Made by a program: the position numbers and the translations under genes
The notes under the pieces: model-generated
Told to the model about the DNA's origin: nothing
Seen by the model: the letters and a program-made list of their open reading frames with translations, nothing else
Database searches by the model: none
Shown: piece by piece, positions 1-10,697 of the stretch
How the letters are laid out: each line of letters begins with the position of its first letter
Position numbering within the stretch: the stretch's first letter is position 1
DNA from: Mesotaenium endlicherianum
Taxonomy: Eukaryota
Length of the DNA: 38,953 bases
Direction: 5' to 3'
Assembly: GCA_009602735.1 (NCBI GenBank)
Contig: WELA01002483.1
Span: forward strand, 1 to 38,953

Positions 1-1016
1 TTCAACTCCTCGCTCTCCAAATAAGACAAGCCATATGTGCGTTGCCAGGGTGGCTGGCTACCAGGTAATAGATCAATTCTATGATCTACTTCCCTTTTCG
101 GGGGTAGTCCTGGAGGCATGTTAAACACATCAGTGTACTGAGCAACAATTTTTGCAGCAGTAGGGTCACCGAGTTGCCGAGCTTTACGCTCTTCCTTCCA
201 GTAAAGCCACCAGTCTGCGGCACTGCCTTTCAGTAGCGCACCGGTGTGCCTGACCTTCTCGTAATCTTGCAGTTCTGGGTAATTCTCCAGCCACTGCTCA
301 ACATCCGCGAGAATCTTGATCAGGTAATATTTTCTGATTCCCTCAAGATCATAGTCCTGGGGAGGTTTCGGCTTGGGTTTACTAGGCCCTCGGCCACCAC
401 CACTAGTGGTGTGAGACCCCAGTTGGTCTCTGTCCCGGAGTAGGGACATTATGATTCTTTTGTCCTCCTGCTGGGACTGATACATGGTCGCCATTTGCGA
501 CTGCATCTGAACGAACAATGCTCCCAAGTCTACATTTTGGGGTGGTAGATTAGCAAATGCAGCAGCAGCATTGGCATCTACTCGCTGAGTAGTGTCCTCA
601 ACAATCCCTCTTGCTCCTGCAGCAGCAATTCCTGCCGCATTCAGCCGGTCACGTATTTGACCTAGGGGTACATTGAGTTGTACGGCAGGAGGTGGGTTCA
701 GAACATTGGCCCTTGATGCCATAAGTTCTTCCACAGTGCGCTCGTCAGCTGGCTGTCCTTCCCTCCTTTGTATATCTTCAGCGGCCTTTGCTACTTGTTC
801 AGCTTCTAGTCTGGCTATCTCCTCCTCAGCTTGCTGAGCTGCGACTGAGGCAATAGCAGCTGCCTCATCTGCAGCCTCCCTAGCTGCAGTATCCGCTACT
901 GCTTCCGAATAGGTACGGCTTCCCGCTACATGGCTTTCCGCCTGGTTTTCGACATTCTCGTTATCCTGGTTCTCCATGTCTCGGGAGTTGCTAGTTTGAG
1001 ACCTTGTCCTTACCAT
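1..1016 (-). CDS. gag-pol: B1 gag fused in frame to the pre-RT/RT region of pol (internal deletion; ORF runs off the window edge)
   Basis: Manual translation: MVRTRSQTSNSRDMENQD...LADVEQWLENYPELQDYEKVRHTGALLKGSAADWWLYWKEERKARQLGD|PTAAKIVAQYTDVFNMPPGLPPKREVDHRIDLLPGSQPPWQRTYGLSYLESEEL. No stop in about 338 codons. Bases 1-166 match B2 22501-22666. It is missing from the ORF track, presumably because no stop falls inside the window. Confidence 0.85.
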   Translation of the reverse strand, partial: MVRTRSQTSNSRDMENQDNENVENQAESHVAGSRTYSEAVADTAAREAADEAAAIASVAAQQAEEEIARLEAEQVAKAAEDIQRREGQPADERTVEELMASRANVLNPPPAVQLNVPLGQIRDRLNAAGIAAAGARGIVEDTTQRVDANAAAAFANLPPQNVDLGALFVQMQSQMATMYQSQQEDKRIIMSLLRDRDQLGSHTTSGGGRGPSKPKPKPPQDYDLEGIRKYYLIKILADVEQWLENYPELQDYEKVRHTGALLKGSAADWWLYWKEERKARQLGDPTAAKIVAQYTDVFNMPPGLPPKREVDHRIDLLPGSQPPWQRTYGLSYLESEEL

Positions 1017-1037
1017 ACAAAGAAGACTGTGATAACT

Positions 1038-1049
1038 GCTCCGATACCA
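1038..1049 (-). promoter_or_regulatory. Primer binding site (tRNA-iMet type) of B1
   Basis: Minus strand reads TGGTATCGGAGC, 1 nt after the LTR end. The canonical plant iMet PBS is TGGTATCAGAGC. Confidence 0.9.
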
Positions 1050-1050
1050 C

Positions 1051-1794
1051 TGAAATGAATCGACTTACCAAATAGCGATTAACAATTAATAAAGATCTTT
1101 ATATCAGCAAGTAATCTTTATGGTATTTCCGTTAACTAGTTAAACGGCAAAGGACAATACACTAGCAGGGAATACTACTCGTAAGTCAAATGCGAGTAAA
1201 CTAGCATCAATGATGCAAATCAGTAAACTCATACATAAGCAAGGTTAGAAGACAGTGCGTATCAATGGCTTCTTGCCTTGGATTCAGATCACTCTCAGTA
1301 AGCTGTACAAGAGAGTTGGCCTCGTTTCCGAATTCCGAACTCGAGAGCAATGCCTAGCGTATGTACATGGAATGAGTTTACTATTCAACGGTTAGTGCGA
1401 TGGCACCGCCTACCCGGGAGTTAACCACGTTGGTAGGACCTCGGTTAAACAAATCCACCGCCATCTCCCATCATCCCGAATAGCCATCCATCATAGGGAT
1501 GTCATCTGGCTATTCATCTAGCATATCGCACTTAGATGCATATCAAGGTAGTTCGCTGCTACCCAGTACGGAAGTCAGCTTGCTGTCAAAGAATGTGTCA
1601 GCAAGCTGACTCATATGGACTTTCAGCCAGCTGCTTTCGACTGAGTCAGCAAACTGATAATTATGTAAAGTCCAGCAGACTGACTATTAACTAAAGTCTA
1701 GCAGATTGACTAATAACTAAAGTTCAGCAGGCTGAACTTAATTAATATTATATTTAAATGAATATTATATCTACTAATATACTGATTCATTACA
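1051..1794 (-). repeat. B1 5' LTR (744 bp)
   Basis: Minus-strand ends are TGTAATGAATC...GATTCATTTCA. Homologous to 23999-24717. About three copies of a ~26-bp tandem unit at ~1666-1738. Confidence 0.93.
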
Positions 1795-2217
1795 GTCCGT
1801 TACATCTTTGGCCTCAAACCCAAGGTGGCAAAGGAAGTGGAGTCACGCGACTTGACGGACTTCTCAAAGATCATTGAAGTGGCCCAAAAGGTGGATACCT
1901 TGGATTTCAAGCACTCCGTGCCTTCATCTTCACGGGTACCGACGACGCGGGTGTTCGCAGCCCCTTCCACATCCGAATCTGGACCCACACCCATGGAAAT
2001 TGGAGTTATTAAAAGGGACCTTGCGGCTGCCCGGAAGAGTGGAAGACCCTCCAATGACACTTATGATGCAAGAAACCAGCAAGGAGTGAAAGCAAGACTC
2101 TCCCCGGCTGAAAAAGAAGCTCTCATGACGGCTGGACTATGCTTCTATTGCAAGGAAAAGGGCCATCGTGCACTTTCATGCCCCAAAAAGTTGTCAAAAA
2201 ACGGACAGCGCCGGTAG
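1795..2217 (+). pseudogene. gag: A1 gag C-terminal fragment with CCHC zinc knuckle, interrupted by B1
   Basis: [15 protein letters not shown]...PTPMEIG...[14 protein letters not shown]...KNGQRR*; matches the C-terminus of A3 gag. Confidence 0.92.
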
Positions 2218-5200
2218 GCCAGGAGCCTACCACCCCAAGACCCACTTCACGAGAAGGCAACACGCCAAGTGAGGTAGAGACCCCCATTGAAGACGACGTT
2301 CCAGCCCCAATGAGTTTGAGAGGTTACCTTGGAGGAGAGAAGGTCCACATCTTGGTGGATAGCGGAGCTCAAGGCAACTTCATTGCTGCAGATTTTGCCA
2401 CCAAGCACGGTATTACTATGCGAACTCTTGACCACGACGAGGAGATTATGATGCCCGATGGATTCTCCTATACTACCCCTTCCAAGAAGACGTACCCCTT
2501 GGCACTCTCTATCAAGTCCTTCAAGGATAGAGTAGTGTTCTCCCCCATGCAATTGGGCAAGTACGACGTCATCCTAGGGACGCCTTGGTTGACCAAGCAC
2601 AACCCCCAAGTTGATTGGAGGACCGGTACTATCAAGATCAAGAATGACATCACTTCAAGAATCTGTATTTTGCGCGCAATCCAGAATATCCAGACCCAAG
2701 ACATCGAGAAGCCGGCACACGAGATACTATTGTCCGCCCTCCAACTCAAGAGACTTGTGAGGAAGGGACACGAGCTTCTTTTGGCCTTGATCACGCCAAA
2801 AGACATCAAGAAAGACATTGAGAGTCAAGAAGGCAGTCCCGTACCCAAGGAGATACAAGAAGTCTTAGAGGACTACAAAAAAATATTCTCCCCGGAATTG
2901 CCCAAGGGCCTAACCCCCAAAAGATTTGTAGACCACAAGATAGAGTTGGAGCCCGGAAGCAAGCCCATCTCTCGGCCTACGTTCAAAATGTCATACACGG
3001 AGCTAGACGAAGTCAAGAAGCAAATCAAGGAGCTACTGGAGCATGGCTTCATTCGACCTAGCAAGTCGCCATTTGGAGCCCCGGTGCTATTTGTCAAGAA
3101 GAAAGATGGTACCTTGAGGATGTGTGTGGACTATCGCGCCCTCAACAAGATCACCATCAAGAATCGATACCCGCTGCCGCGCATGGATGAGCTCATGGAC
3201 CGGCTGGTTGGAGCCAAGTACTTCACGAAGATTGACTTACGGAGCGGCTACCACCAGATTCGCATCGCAGAACCGGACATAGAGAAGACGGCATTCAGGA
3301 CAAGATATGGACATTTTGAGTTCATGGTCCTGCCATTTGGACTCACCAACGCGCCAGCAACTTTCATGACTATGATGAACACCATATTTCAGCCCATGTT
3401 GGACAGATTTGTGGTGGTATTCATCGATGACATCCTTATCTACAGCAAGACCCTTGAAGAGCATGCGAGACACTTGAAAGAAGTCCTTGAAGTATTGAAG
3501 CAAAACAAGCTATTTGCGAAGGAGTCAAAGTGCGAGTTTGCCAAACAAGAAGTGGAGTTCCTAGGTCTCCACGTGACTGCTGATGGCATCAAGATGGACC
3601 CCAAGAAGACCACGGTGGTGGAGGAATGGCCAACCCCCACGACCAAGAAAGAACTCCAGTCATTCTTGGGATTTGCCAATTGGTACAGAAAATTCATCCA
3701 AGGCTTCTCGCACATAGCAGCCCCCCTGACAGATCTACTCAAGAAGGACAGGCTATATACATGGACCGAGAAAGAGGAAGAGGCATTTCAAGAGTTAAAG
3801 CGAAGATTGACCACATCCCCGGTGCTCACACTCCCAAGTCCAAACCCAGATTGGCCCTTCCACGTCATCACCGATGCATCTTCCTATGCAATAGGAGCAA
3901 TCCTGCTTCAAGACCAAGGCAAGGGACTGCAGCCCATCGCCTACGAGTCAAGGAAGCTAAATCCAGCCGAGCAAAATTATACAACCACGGAGCGAGAGGC
4001 ATTGGCGATTGTACATGCCTTGAAGGTTTGGCGCTGCTACGTTGAAGGACGCAAAGTACTGGTCACCACGGACCACGAGGCGTTAAAGCACCTCCAAACG
4101 CAGCCGTATCTCTCAAGGAGACAAGCAAGATGGAGCGGATACTTGCAACAATACAACATCACGATTCAGTACCAGCCCGGCAAGACAAACCCGGCTGACC
4201 CCCTCTCAAGACTGCAATTAAATGCAGTGATGGTATCCCTGAAGACAGATCTGGAAGCTCGATTTTCAGCCGCCTATGAAAGAGACCCTTACTACAAGAA
4301 CGGAGAAGCAGCCTTGGACCCATGCAAGAAGCAAGAAGGCAATTATTGGGTGAGGCAAGATACGGGCCAGAGATGTGTTCCTAATGACTTAGACCTCCGG
4401 CTCTTGCTTCTACGAGAAGCACACGACAACCCTCTTGGAGGACACTTTGGAATCCTAAGGACCACGGGCGTTCTAGCTAGGACTTATTGTTGGCCAGGCA
4501 TGTCTAAGCAAGTCAAGGAGTACTGCAGGAGCTGTGACACATGCCAAAGAATCAAGCCATCATCGCAAAAGGCGGGAGGACTCCTCCAACCACTACCAAT
4601 CCCCGAAAGACAATGGACGGACATCTCAATGGACCTTATCGTGGACTTGCCCGTGACACCTCGAGGCCATAATGCAATACTCACGGCGGTGGACAGACTT
4701 ACCAAGATGGCTCATTTTATTCCCACGACGACTAAGGCTACAGCACCACAACTTGCAAGACTCATCTTTGACAACATCTTCCGACTCCATGGACTACCAT
4801 CAAGAATTGTGTCAGATAGAGATCCAAGATTCACAAGCCATTTCTGGAAAAATCTCTTCAAGAACTTGGGTACATCGCTGGATATGTCTACTGCCTACCA
4901 CCCACAATCAGATGGGCAAACCGAGCGTATGAATCGTACCCTAAAGACCTCTCTAAAGGCCTACGTGTCTACCCTCGAGCAAGACTGGGACATGTACTTG
5001 ACCCCCCTCGAGTTTGCCTACAACAACACTACGCAGGCCTCTACCCAAGAGTCCCCATTCTTCCTCAACTATGGCTTCCATCCGACCACGCCACTGAGCT
5101 TCACGGCTGGCCATGATGAAGTACCTGCAGCCACAGATTTTATGGAGACATTAGAAGCAGCCCTTACAGCAGCGAAGAAAGCTCTACAACACGCGCAAGA

Positions 5201-5804
5201 TGCTCAAGCAAGAGTGGCGAACAGATCCAGAAGAGAAATTACGTACAGAGTGGGTGACAACGTGTTACTATCATCCAAGAACATTTCCCTGAACAACAGG
5301 CCTGCCGGCAGCAAGTTCTCTCCCAAGTATTTGGGACCCTTCAAGATTATCCAGCAAGTCAACCCCGTTGCTTTCAAGCTAGAACTTCCCCAGACTATGC
5401 ACATCGACCCCGTATTCCACGCTTCCCTCTTCAAGCCATATGTGCAACCCGACAACAAGTTCCCAGGACGTGTGACAACCCCACCAGCCCCAACAATAGT
5501 GGATGATCATTTGGAGTACGAAGTGGAAGACATAGTGGCTATGAGAAATTTCAGGAGACAGCAGCAATACTTGATCAAGTGGAAAGGATATCCAGATTCG
5601 GAGAATAGTTGGGTGGCGGCGCACTACCTTGACAAAGTTCAGAGAAAGTTGAAGCGCTTCCATGCCGCCAACCCCCATCTTGGACCAGCCCCAAGTCTCT
5701 CTACTAAAAGCCCGAAGACTTCAAAGAGGCAGCCTGCCACCATCAAGAAGCAGCAGAAGACCCCTTGGAGGCAGCCTGCAAGAACAAGAAAGAGGAAAAA
5801 TTGA
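2139..5804 (+). CDS. pol: A1 Pol polyprotein (aspartic protease, RT, RNase H, integrase, chromodomain); probably entered by -1 frameshift at ~2196-2202
   Basis: Motifs: [11 protein letters not shown] (PR); [10 protein letters not shown] and FIDDILIYS (RT); VITDAS (RNase H); H..H..C..C zinc finger, ISMDLI, VSDRD, DGQTER and YLGPF (integrase); [17 protein letters not shown] (chromodomain). Confidence 0.96.
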   Translation: MLLLQGKGPSCTFMPQKVVKKRTAPVGQEPTTPRPTSREGNTPSEVETPIEDDVPAPMSLRGYLGGEKVHILVDSGAQGNFIAADFATKHGITMRTLDHDEEIMMPDGFSYTTPSKKTYPLALSIKSFKDRVVFSPMQLGKYDVILGTPWLTKHNPQVDWRTGTIKIKNDITSRICILRAIQNIQTQDIEKPAHEILLSALQLKRLVRKGHELLLALITPKDIKKDIESQEGSPVPKEIQEVLEDYKKIFSPELPKGLTPKRFVDHKIELEPGSKPISRPTFKMSYTELDEVKKQIKELLEHGFIRPSKSPFGAPVLFVKKKDGTLRMCVDYRALNKITIKNRYPLPRMDELMDRLVGAKYFTKIDLRSGYHQIRIAEPDIEKTAFRTRYGHFEFMVLPFGLTNAPATFMTMMNTIFQPMLDRFVVVFIDDILIYSKTLEEHARHLKEVLEVLKQNKLFAKESKCEFAKQEVEFLGLHVTADGIKMDPKKTTVVEEWPTPTTKKELQSFLGFANWYRKFIQGFSHIAAPLTDLLKKDRLYTWTEKEEEAFQELKRRLTTSPVLTLPSPNPDWPFHVITDASSYAIGAILLQDQGKGLQPIAYESRKLNPAEQNYTTTEREALAIVHALKVWRCYVEGRKVLVTTDHEALKHLQTQPYLSRRQARWSGYLQQYNITIQYQPGKTNPADPLSRLQLNAVMVSLKTDLEARFSAAYERDPYYKNGEAALDPCKKQEGNYWVRQDTGQRCVPNDLDLRLLLLREAHDNPLGGHFGILRTTGVLARTYCWPGMSKQVKEYCRSCDTCQRIKPSSQKAGGLLQPLPIPERQWTDISMDLIVDLPVTPRGHNAILTAVDRLTKMAHFIPTTTKATAPQLARLIFDNIFRLHGLPSRIVSDRDPRFTSHFWKNLFKNLGTSLDMSTAYHPQSDGQTERMNRTLKTSLKAYVSTLEQDWDMYLTPLEFAYNNTTQASTQESPFFLNYGFHPTTPLSFTAGHDEVPAATDFMETLEAALTAAKKALQHAQDAQARVANRSRREITYRVGDNVLLSSKNISLNNRPAGSKFSPKYLGPFKIIQQVNPVAFKLELPQTMHIDPVFHASLFKPYVQPDNKFPGRVTTPPAPTIVDDHLEYEVEDIVAMRNFRRQQQYLIKWKGYPDSENSWVAAHYLDKVQRKLKRFHAANPHLGPAPSLSTKSPKTSKRQPATIKKQQKTPWRQPARTRKRKN
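2196..2231 (+). promoter_or_regulatory. Putative -1 ribosomal frameshift signal of A1
   Basis: In the gag frame, TCA AAA AAC gives the heptamer A-AAA-AAC. Hairpin GGTAGGC-CAGGA-GCCTACC at 2213-2231. Pol is in the -1 frame. Confidence 0.8.
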
Positions 5805-6422
5805 CAGTAGACACTCTTCTCTTCTCGCAGTTTCTGGACAGAAAACTAATACTGCTACTGGTGATATGTCTCTGCATAATAGATTCTGAAACTTTTCAAG
5901 GCTGTAGTCCATGAGTAGCCGGTCATTTAGAGTCCAAGTTTGCTCAATTTGGAGCACTGGTGAGAGAGATTTGATGCTCTAAGTAGCAGGGGGTCAGGCT
6001 GCTGGCATTGTTGGGACAGAATATGCCTTCTGACATTGTGCCCTCCCCTGAACTTGGAATGCTCTGAAACTCAAGACTTTGGTAGAACATCTTACGGCGC
6101 CCAGTTTGAGATTTAGTTTGGAGCATTTGGAGAAGTATAGAAGGACTTATGATTTTCAGAAATTTCTGCACAGATTTGGAGTGCCTACTCTCTCAGCTCT
6201 CAACGACAGTCCAGAAATTAGAATGCTCTCAAATTTGGTGACCCGGTAGAGTTCTCCGACGCGGTCCGTCTGGCACTCGAATTTTTAGATATGGAGCAGT
6301 TCTGGCCAATGGAATTTTTGAATTCGTGGCAGATTCTGGGCCAGCTTGTACAATTTTCTTCATCATTAAGGAGTAGGGTAGCCAATAAGGTCACACCACC
6401 TACGACCTTGCCTAGTCTACCT

Positions 6423-6536
6423 TACATGTGTAGCACCTGACTTGGCGCCTTTGACTAGTCCTCTTCACATGTGTGGCATCTGACTTGAAACTGTTGACTA
6501 GTTTGCTCCACATGTGTAAGACCTGACTTGACGCGC
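6423..6536 (+). repeat. About 43-bp imperfect tandem repeat (~2.6 copies) in the family A 3' UTR
   Basis: Units are ACATGTGT...CTGACTTG...TTGACTAGT. Also present in A2 (~11942-12054) and A3 (~26382-26493). Confidence 0.75.
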
Positions 6537-6557
6537 CGAGACGTCGCTTTTTCTATC

Positions 6558-6567
6558 GGGGGGGTGA
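6558..6567 (+). promoter_or_regulatory. Polypurine tract of A1
   Basis: GGGGGGGTGA directly before the LTR TG. Equivalent tracts at 11911-11920 (A2) and 26350-26359 (A3). Confidence 0.85.
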
Positions 6568-7057
6568 TGTAGTGATTTGAGTTATTATATATTAGTTTGC
6601 ATATATTTTAATGTTTTCAAATATATTTGGAGTAGTATTGTGTGGAGTCAAGTGTGAATAGGTATTCTAGTAACTTGGTTCATGTCAAGGCATTTTCGAA
6701 GTTAGAGGAAAGACCTAGAAGAACTCCATGTGGCAGAAGTCAAATGTGCCATTTTTAGGTCAAAAAGACATGTGTACATTATTCTAGAAAGAGGTGGCAA
6801 GTTTTGGGATGTGTTGGGTGCCAACACATCAACATACACTTTCCTAGAAATTACTTATGTAGCAAGTATATAAACAAGAGCTAGAACATAGAAAGACATT
6901 CCAGAATCACTCTTGTACTTGCCAAAATCCAGAAATATATTAACTTTCAAGAAGCCATCTCTCTTTCAAGAAGCTACCACTTGTGTTCAAAGATCCTTCT
7001 CTTGAATAGATAAACTATTCTGTTTTACTAAGTACTTTATCTATCTGTTTCACTACA
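6568..7057 (+). repeat. A1 3' LTR (490 bp)
   Basis: TGTAGTGA...TCACTACA inverted ends. A 13-bp deletion relative to the other A LTRs. TATATAAA at 6867-6874. Confidence 0.95.
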
Positions 7058-10000
7058 GAGACCATCGACATTATAGACGTTCCCGCAATGCATGGCTTGA
7101 ATGATCTTGTTCAGTCCGATGCACAAACATTCTTCTTGCTAGCTTGGGGTTACAGTGCGAAAGTCTTACCAGGGATCTATGCACGCTGTTGTCATTGGCT
7201 TGCTAGGTGCTTGCTGCAATTGCAATAGGTGCCATATATGTGCCTTTAGAGAGGAACTCGATTCTGAGCTATACTGCGTTTGCCCATTGTCATTGGTTGA
7301 GTCTTTGTAATCCCAATGTTTGCCTTACCCTCCCGGGAACTATGTAAGATGGAGTCATCAAATCTTGAGTAGACTGATGCAGCTAGGGTGTGGTGTTTGC
7401 CACGCGTAGCTTAAGCTCATTAAAGGCAACTTACACACTTGTTTGTTGTCTGTTCAGACTGAGACCAGCAAGCAGAGTGTGAAGCGATGGTGCATACAAG
7501 TCGAGAGAGGCCGAGGAGTTGGCATGCTGGACGCTGCCACGTGACGCTTCCCCACCTGTCCTCTGGGCAACTTCAGGCAGGAAGGCCTGAAGGAGGGAGT
7601 ATCTCGAAACATCAGAACTATGATACAGTTGGTTGTTTCTGGTCCCTCTTCTCTTTGATTGTTGACTCTCACCATTGGGTGGTTGTCATTTTGGTGTATG
7701 TCTTGCTAGGATAACCAGTATGAGTCATTGTATGTAAGCATTGGTAGAGTCAGCTAACTGAGCTACTTCTTGGTATGGATGAACTTGCTAATAGGGTCGG
7801 TTGTCTTCATCTCATAGCAAGCTATCTACACTCTCGAATGGAGGGATGTAATACGCTGGCTTGAGTTTGGGTTATTCATGGATAGAGCTTTGTGGTGAGA
7901 GGGTCTGAATGGCAGTACACTCTTCCCTATGCCACTCTGGTCATTGATCCAATTTTGAAAAATGGACTATTTTTTGAAAGGGGGGGACTTTTTTTACTTT
8001 TTTTTTTACTTTTTTTTTGCTTACTTGCGTGTTTTCACTTTGTGTCCTCTCTCGGTATTTATTTGTTGATTCTCCTCCACCCACTCGTACCTCCGCAATC
8101 CTCCGTGACTGTCACTCTGTGTGGTTTCTATGATGCGGAGTTGTACGCACTTTTTGGTGTGCTTATGTGGTTCAAGCTGTCGGGTCGACAGCTATTTAAG
8201 TTGGGTCGAGGGAGATGGGATGTGTATTAGAAGTATTGAGTAAGCTGTGCTTACCTGCATACTCAGCAGCAAGTCTATGTACTATCCGAGTCATACACTG
8301 CCACGTCCTATGTATATACTGCATTAATATCAGGAGCATCAATGACTGACTGGTGTAAATGTGAGTTGCAGTACACTGTTGGAGCAAGTGTACGTACTAA
8401 CTGAGTAAGTACATTGCCATAAGTTGGATTGGGTAGCAATGATGCATTGCACATCAGGAAACTGCTTGAGGTGACCAGCATATTGCTCAAAACCATACGT
8501 TTCTTTGAACTTAGAGTGTTCTGAAAATGTGGTTAAAATTTAAAATTTTCATTGGCTCATTAACCTGATGTTACTCATCTTGTGAGGGCATTCAATGCCA
8601 TCAAACCAGTTGGTCTCCCTTTTCCTTCAGTACGCTGAATTTTGAGCAGGTACCTAAGTCACAAGAAATTGCTTGTGAGGAGCCTTTCAAGGTGTGAGCA
8701 CGGCAGGAATTGAAGACCAAGAGAAGGAGAACAGGCTTAGTTCAATACGCTGAACTTTAATAACATTCTTTCATTGTTTGACCTCAAAAGGAGGCTGTTC
8801 AATTTGGATGTTGTTTGCATGGTGTGAGGTGCTCTATTACGTCTTGCAACCGGAAGGACTATTGTGAGTAGGGGTAAGTCCATGCATGTCTTCAGTTAAT
8901 GATTGTGAAGTTAGATGGTTGCTTGCATGACAATTTGTTGTGATTGATTTTTACTTGCACTGGGTAGGTTAATATATCACGCTCATGTATTGCTTCCTTG
9001 CTTTGCTTCACCTAGTTGACTGAAGTGTATTATTAAATAAAAGTATCATATGCTGAGTGTTGTCAAGGCGACAGCGATTTAAGTTGGGGAGATTGTAATG
9101 AATCAGTTCATTATTTTTTTAATTAATTGCATACATAAATATAACACTAAAGAAATATTATGTCTATATACTCACATGTGCGAGTTCATCTAAAAGAATG
9201 TATGTCGATGAAATGCAAGTTTACTTTGTCATTTTGGTCAGCAGGATGACTTTTGTACCGTAGTGTAGTTTGCTGACTTTGTTGAAAAGGTCAGCAGGAT
9301 GACTTTTGTATCATAGTGTAGTTTGCTGAGATTTATGTATCAATTGTATACAGCATATAATATCAGTAGGTTGACATATAGTAAGCTCGCTTGATATGAG
9401 TCAATATACTTAGCTTCAGTACGCTGAGGATAGACATATTCATTTAGATTGTTATTTGTAGATTGGCACATGTGACCGTAGTATACTAAAAGTCGGGAGG
9501 TCGACTGAGATTCGGTACACCGATGTCCTACCAGTGTGGTTAACTCCTGGGTGGGCGGAGCTGTCGTCAGTCAATCAAACAGTTAGGACTTCAGTCGACC
9601 GACCAATTAATATGGTCGTTATACCTAGATCCGTGGTCCCAACTTAACGGGTTTCCCATGAAACGGCGCACCTTACGCCGTGGTCAACCAGGTGGTCACT
9701 AGGTACATAGCAGGCTGGAATCTTGTGGTCCCTCATTCTGGACAGTAGGCTTTACAGTCGGATTTCTACTTGCAAGTGATATGTGCACTTTTTGGGTTCG
9801 TTCTAATGACCAGCCTTCACGGAAATTGACATGGCTGCTTCGTCTGCACTCCAAATGGAGCGAACTAGGACTTTTTGGTCTCGTCAAGATGCATCCGTTG
9901 CCGTTGAGTTTGCTCAATTTGAAGTAGTATTAACAGGGTTATGCCCTCCGACATTTCGGGGTCACACAGCGGACAGATTCCACGATTTTTGCACCTAAGT

Positions 10001-10346
10001 CAATGGGATGTGTTTGAGCTACTTTATGGTCATCTAAATGAGAGCGCCTTTGCTATTCAGTCCCCTGATGTTAAGTATGTGCTTACACATGCTTGTATGC
10101 CTGGTAGGCAAGAGGTCATGAGTTTCTAAAGGAGAAGCTCTAGTCCTCAAGCTCGCCTCTTTCTTGTGCCTTGCATTCGCGTGCAACTATGGCACACTAC
10201 GATAAGTGAGTCAAGGGTTATAGATGAGTAAACGGAATTCATTATAAGGGCGAAGATTGCTCCCCGATTTCACAGGCTTCCACCTATCTCTGATTTTTTA
10301 TATTTAAATGAAATATATTAATCTTGAATAAGCAAGATTCATTTCT
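7058..10346 (+). mobile_element. Degenerate family C LTR element remnant (3' internal region, PPT, 3' LTR), related to family B
   Basis: PPT TTAAGTTGGGGAGAT at 9079-9093, then TGTAATGAATCAG. No recognisable coding domain in 7058-9078, so the 5' extent is uncertain. Confidence 0.6.
9094..10346 (+). repeat. Family C LTR (~1.25 kb)
   Basis: Starts TGTAATGAATCAG and ends GATTCATTTCT (family B ends GATTCATTTCA). Two copies of a 53-bp unit at ~9236-9330. About 9102-9911 matches the reverse complement of 32525-33277. Confidence 0.8.
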
Positions 10347-10605
10347 TCCTACCAATATGCTTAACTCCTGAGTAAGCAATGTGATTGCACTGCAAACCAA
10401 CACTGAACCTATTCCTTCTCCATATGCTAAATTCGCCACCAAGTTGGGCATTGGAAGGCGACAGTGACCCTCTGCACATTGTACTAAAGACTATAAAAAC
10501 GGTTGCATACTATTCAACAAATTGCTTACCTTATGTGAGAGTATAGTGGTTGCGAGTTTGATGCTCGTTTACTTCTGAAGACATCATAATGATAACTTAT
10601 CGACA

Positions 10606-10638
10606 AGAGAGAGAGAGAGTGTATGAGTGTGTATGTGC

Positions 10639-10697
<59 letters not shown>

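Larger units (their letters stand above)
1..1794 (-). mobile_element. Family B Ty3/gypsy LTR retrotransposon copy B1, 5' part (continues off the left edge), inserted in gag of A1
   Basis: 5' LTR 1051-1794 and PBS 1038-1049, followed by a gag-like ORF. The LTR matches those at 16334-17569 and 23999-24717. Family A gag sequence resumes at 1795. Confidence 0.93.
1795..7057 (+). mobile_element. Family A Ty3/gypsy chromovirus copy A1 (3' part of gag, pol, 3' UTR, 3' LTR); 5' part displaced by B1
   Basis: Domain order PR-RT-RH-INT-chromodomain. PPT 6558-6567, LTR 6568-7057. Nearly identical to the reverse complement of A3. Confidence 0.96.

Noticed and set aside
1051..1794. Hammerhead or twister ribozyme (retrozyme-like) in the hairpin-rich B LTR
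   Set aside because: I found no CUGANGA/GAAA core in a proper stem context and no twister consensus by eye. An Infernal search would be needed to exclude other classes.
5802..5830. Splice-acceptor-like CTCTTCTCTTCTCGCAG just after the A pol stop
   Set aside because: No substantial sense ORF follows, and no donor or transcript evidence is visible.
5936..5951. AGTTTGCTCAATTTG shared by the A 3' UTR and the C LTR (~9907-9921)
   Set aside because: An isolated ~15-nt match with no flanking homology; chance cannot be excluded.
5944..6171. Antisense 74-75-aa ORF present in all three A copies (also 12311-12535 and 26752-26979)
   Set aside because: It has a GTG start, is short and has no motif. Its persistence is explained by the high nucleotide identity of the copies; dN/dS over many copies would be needed.
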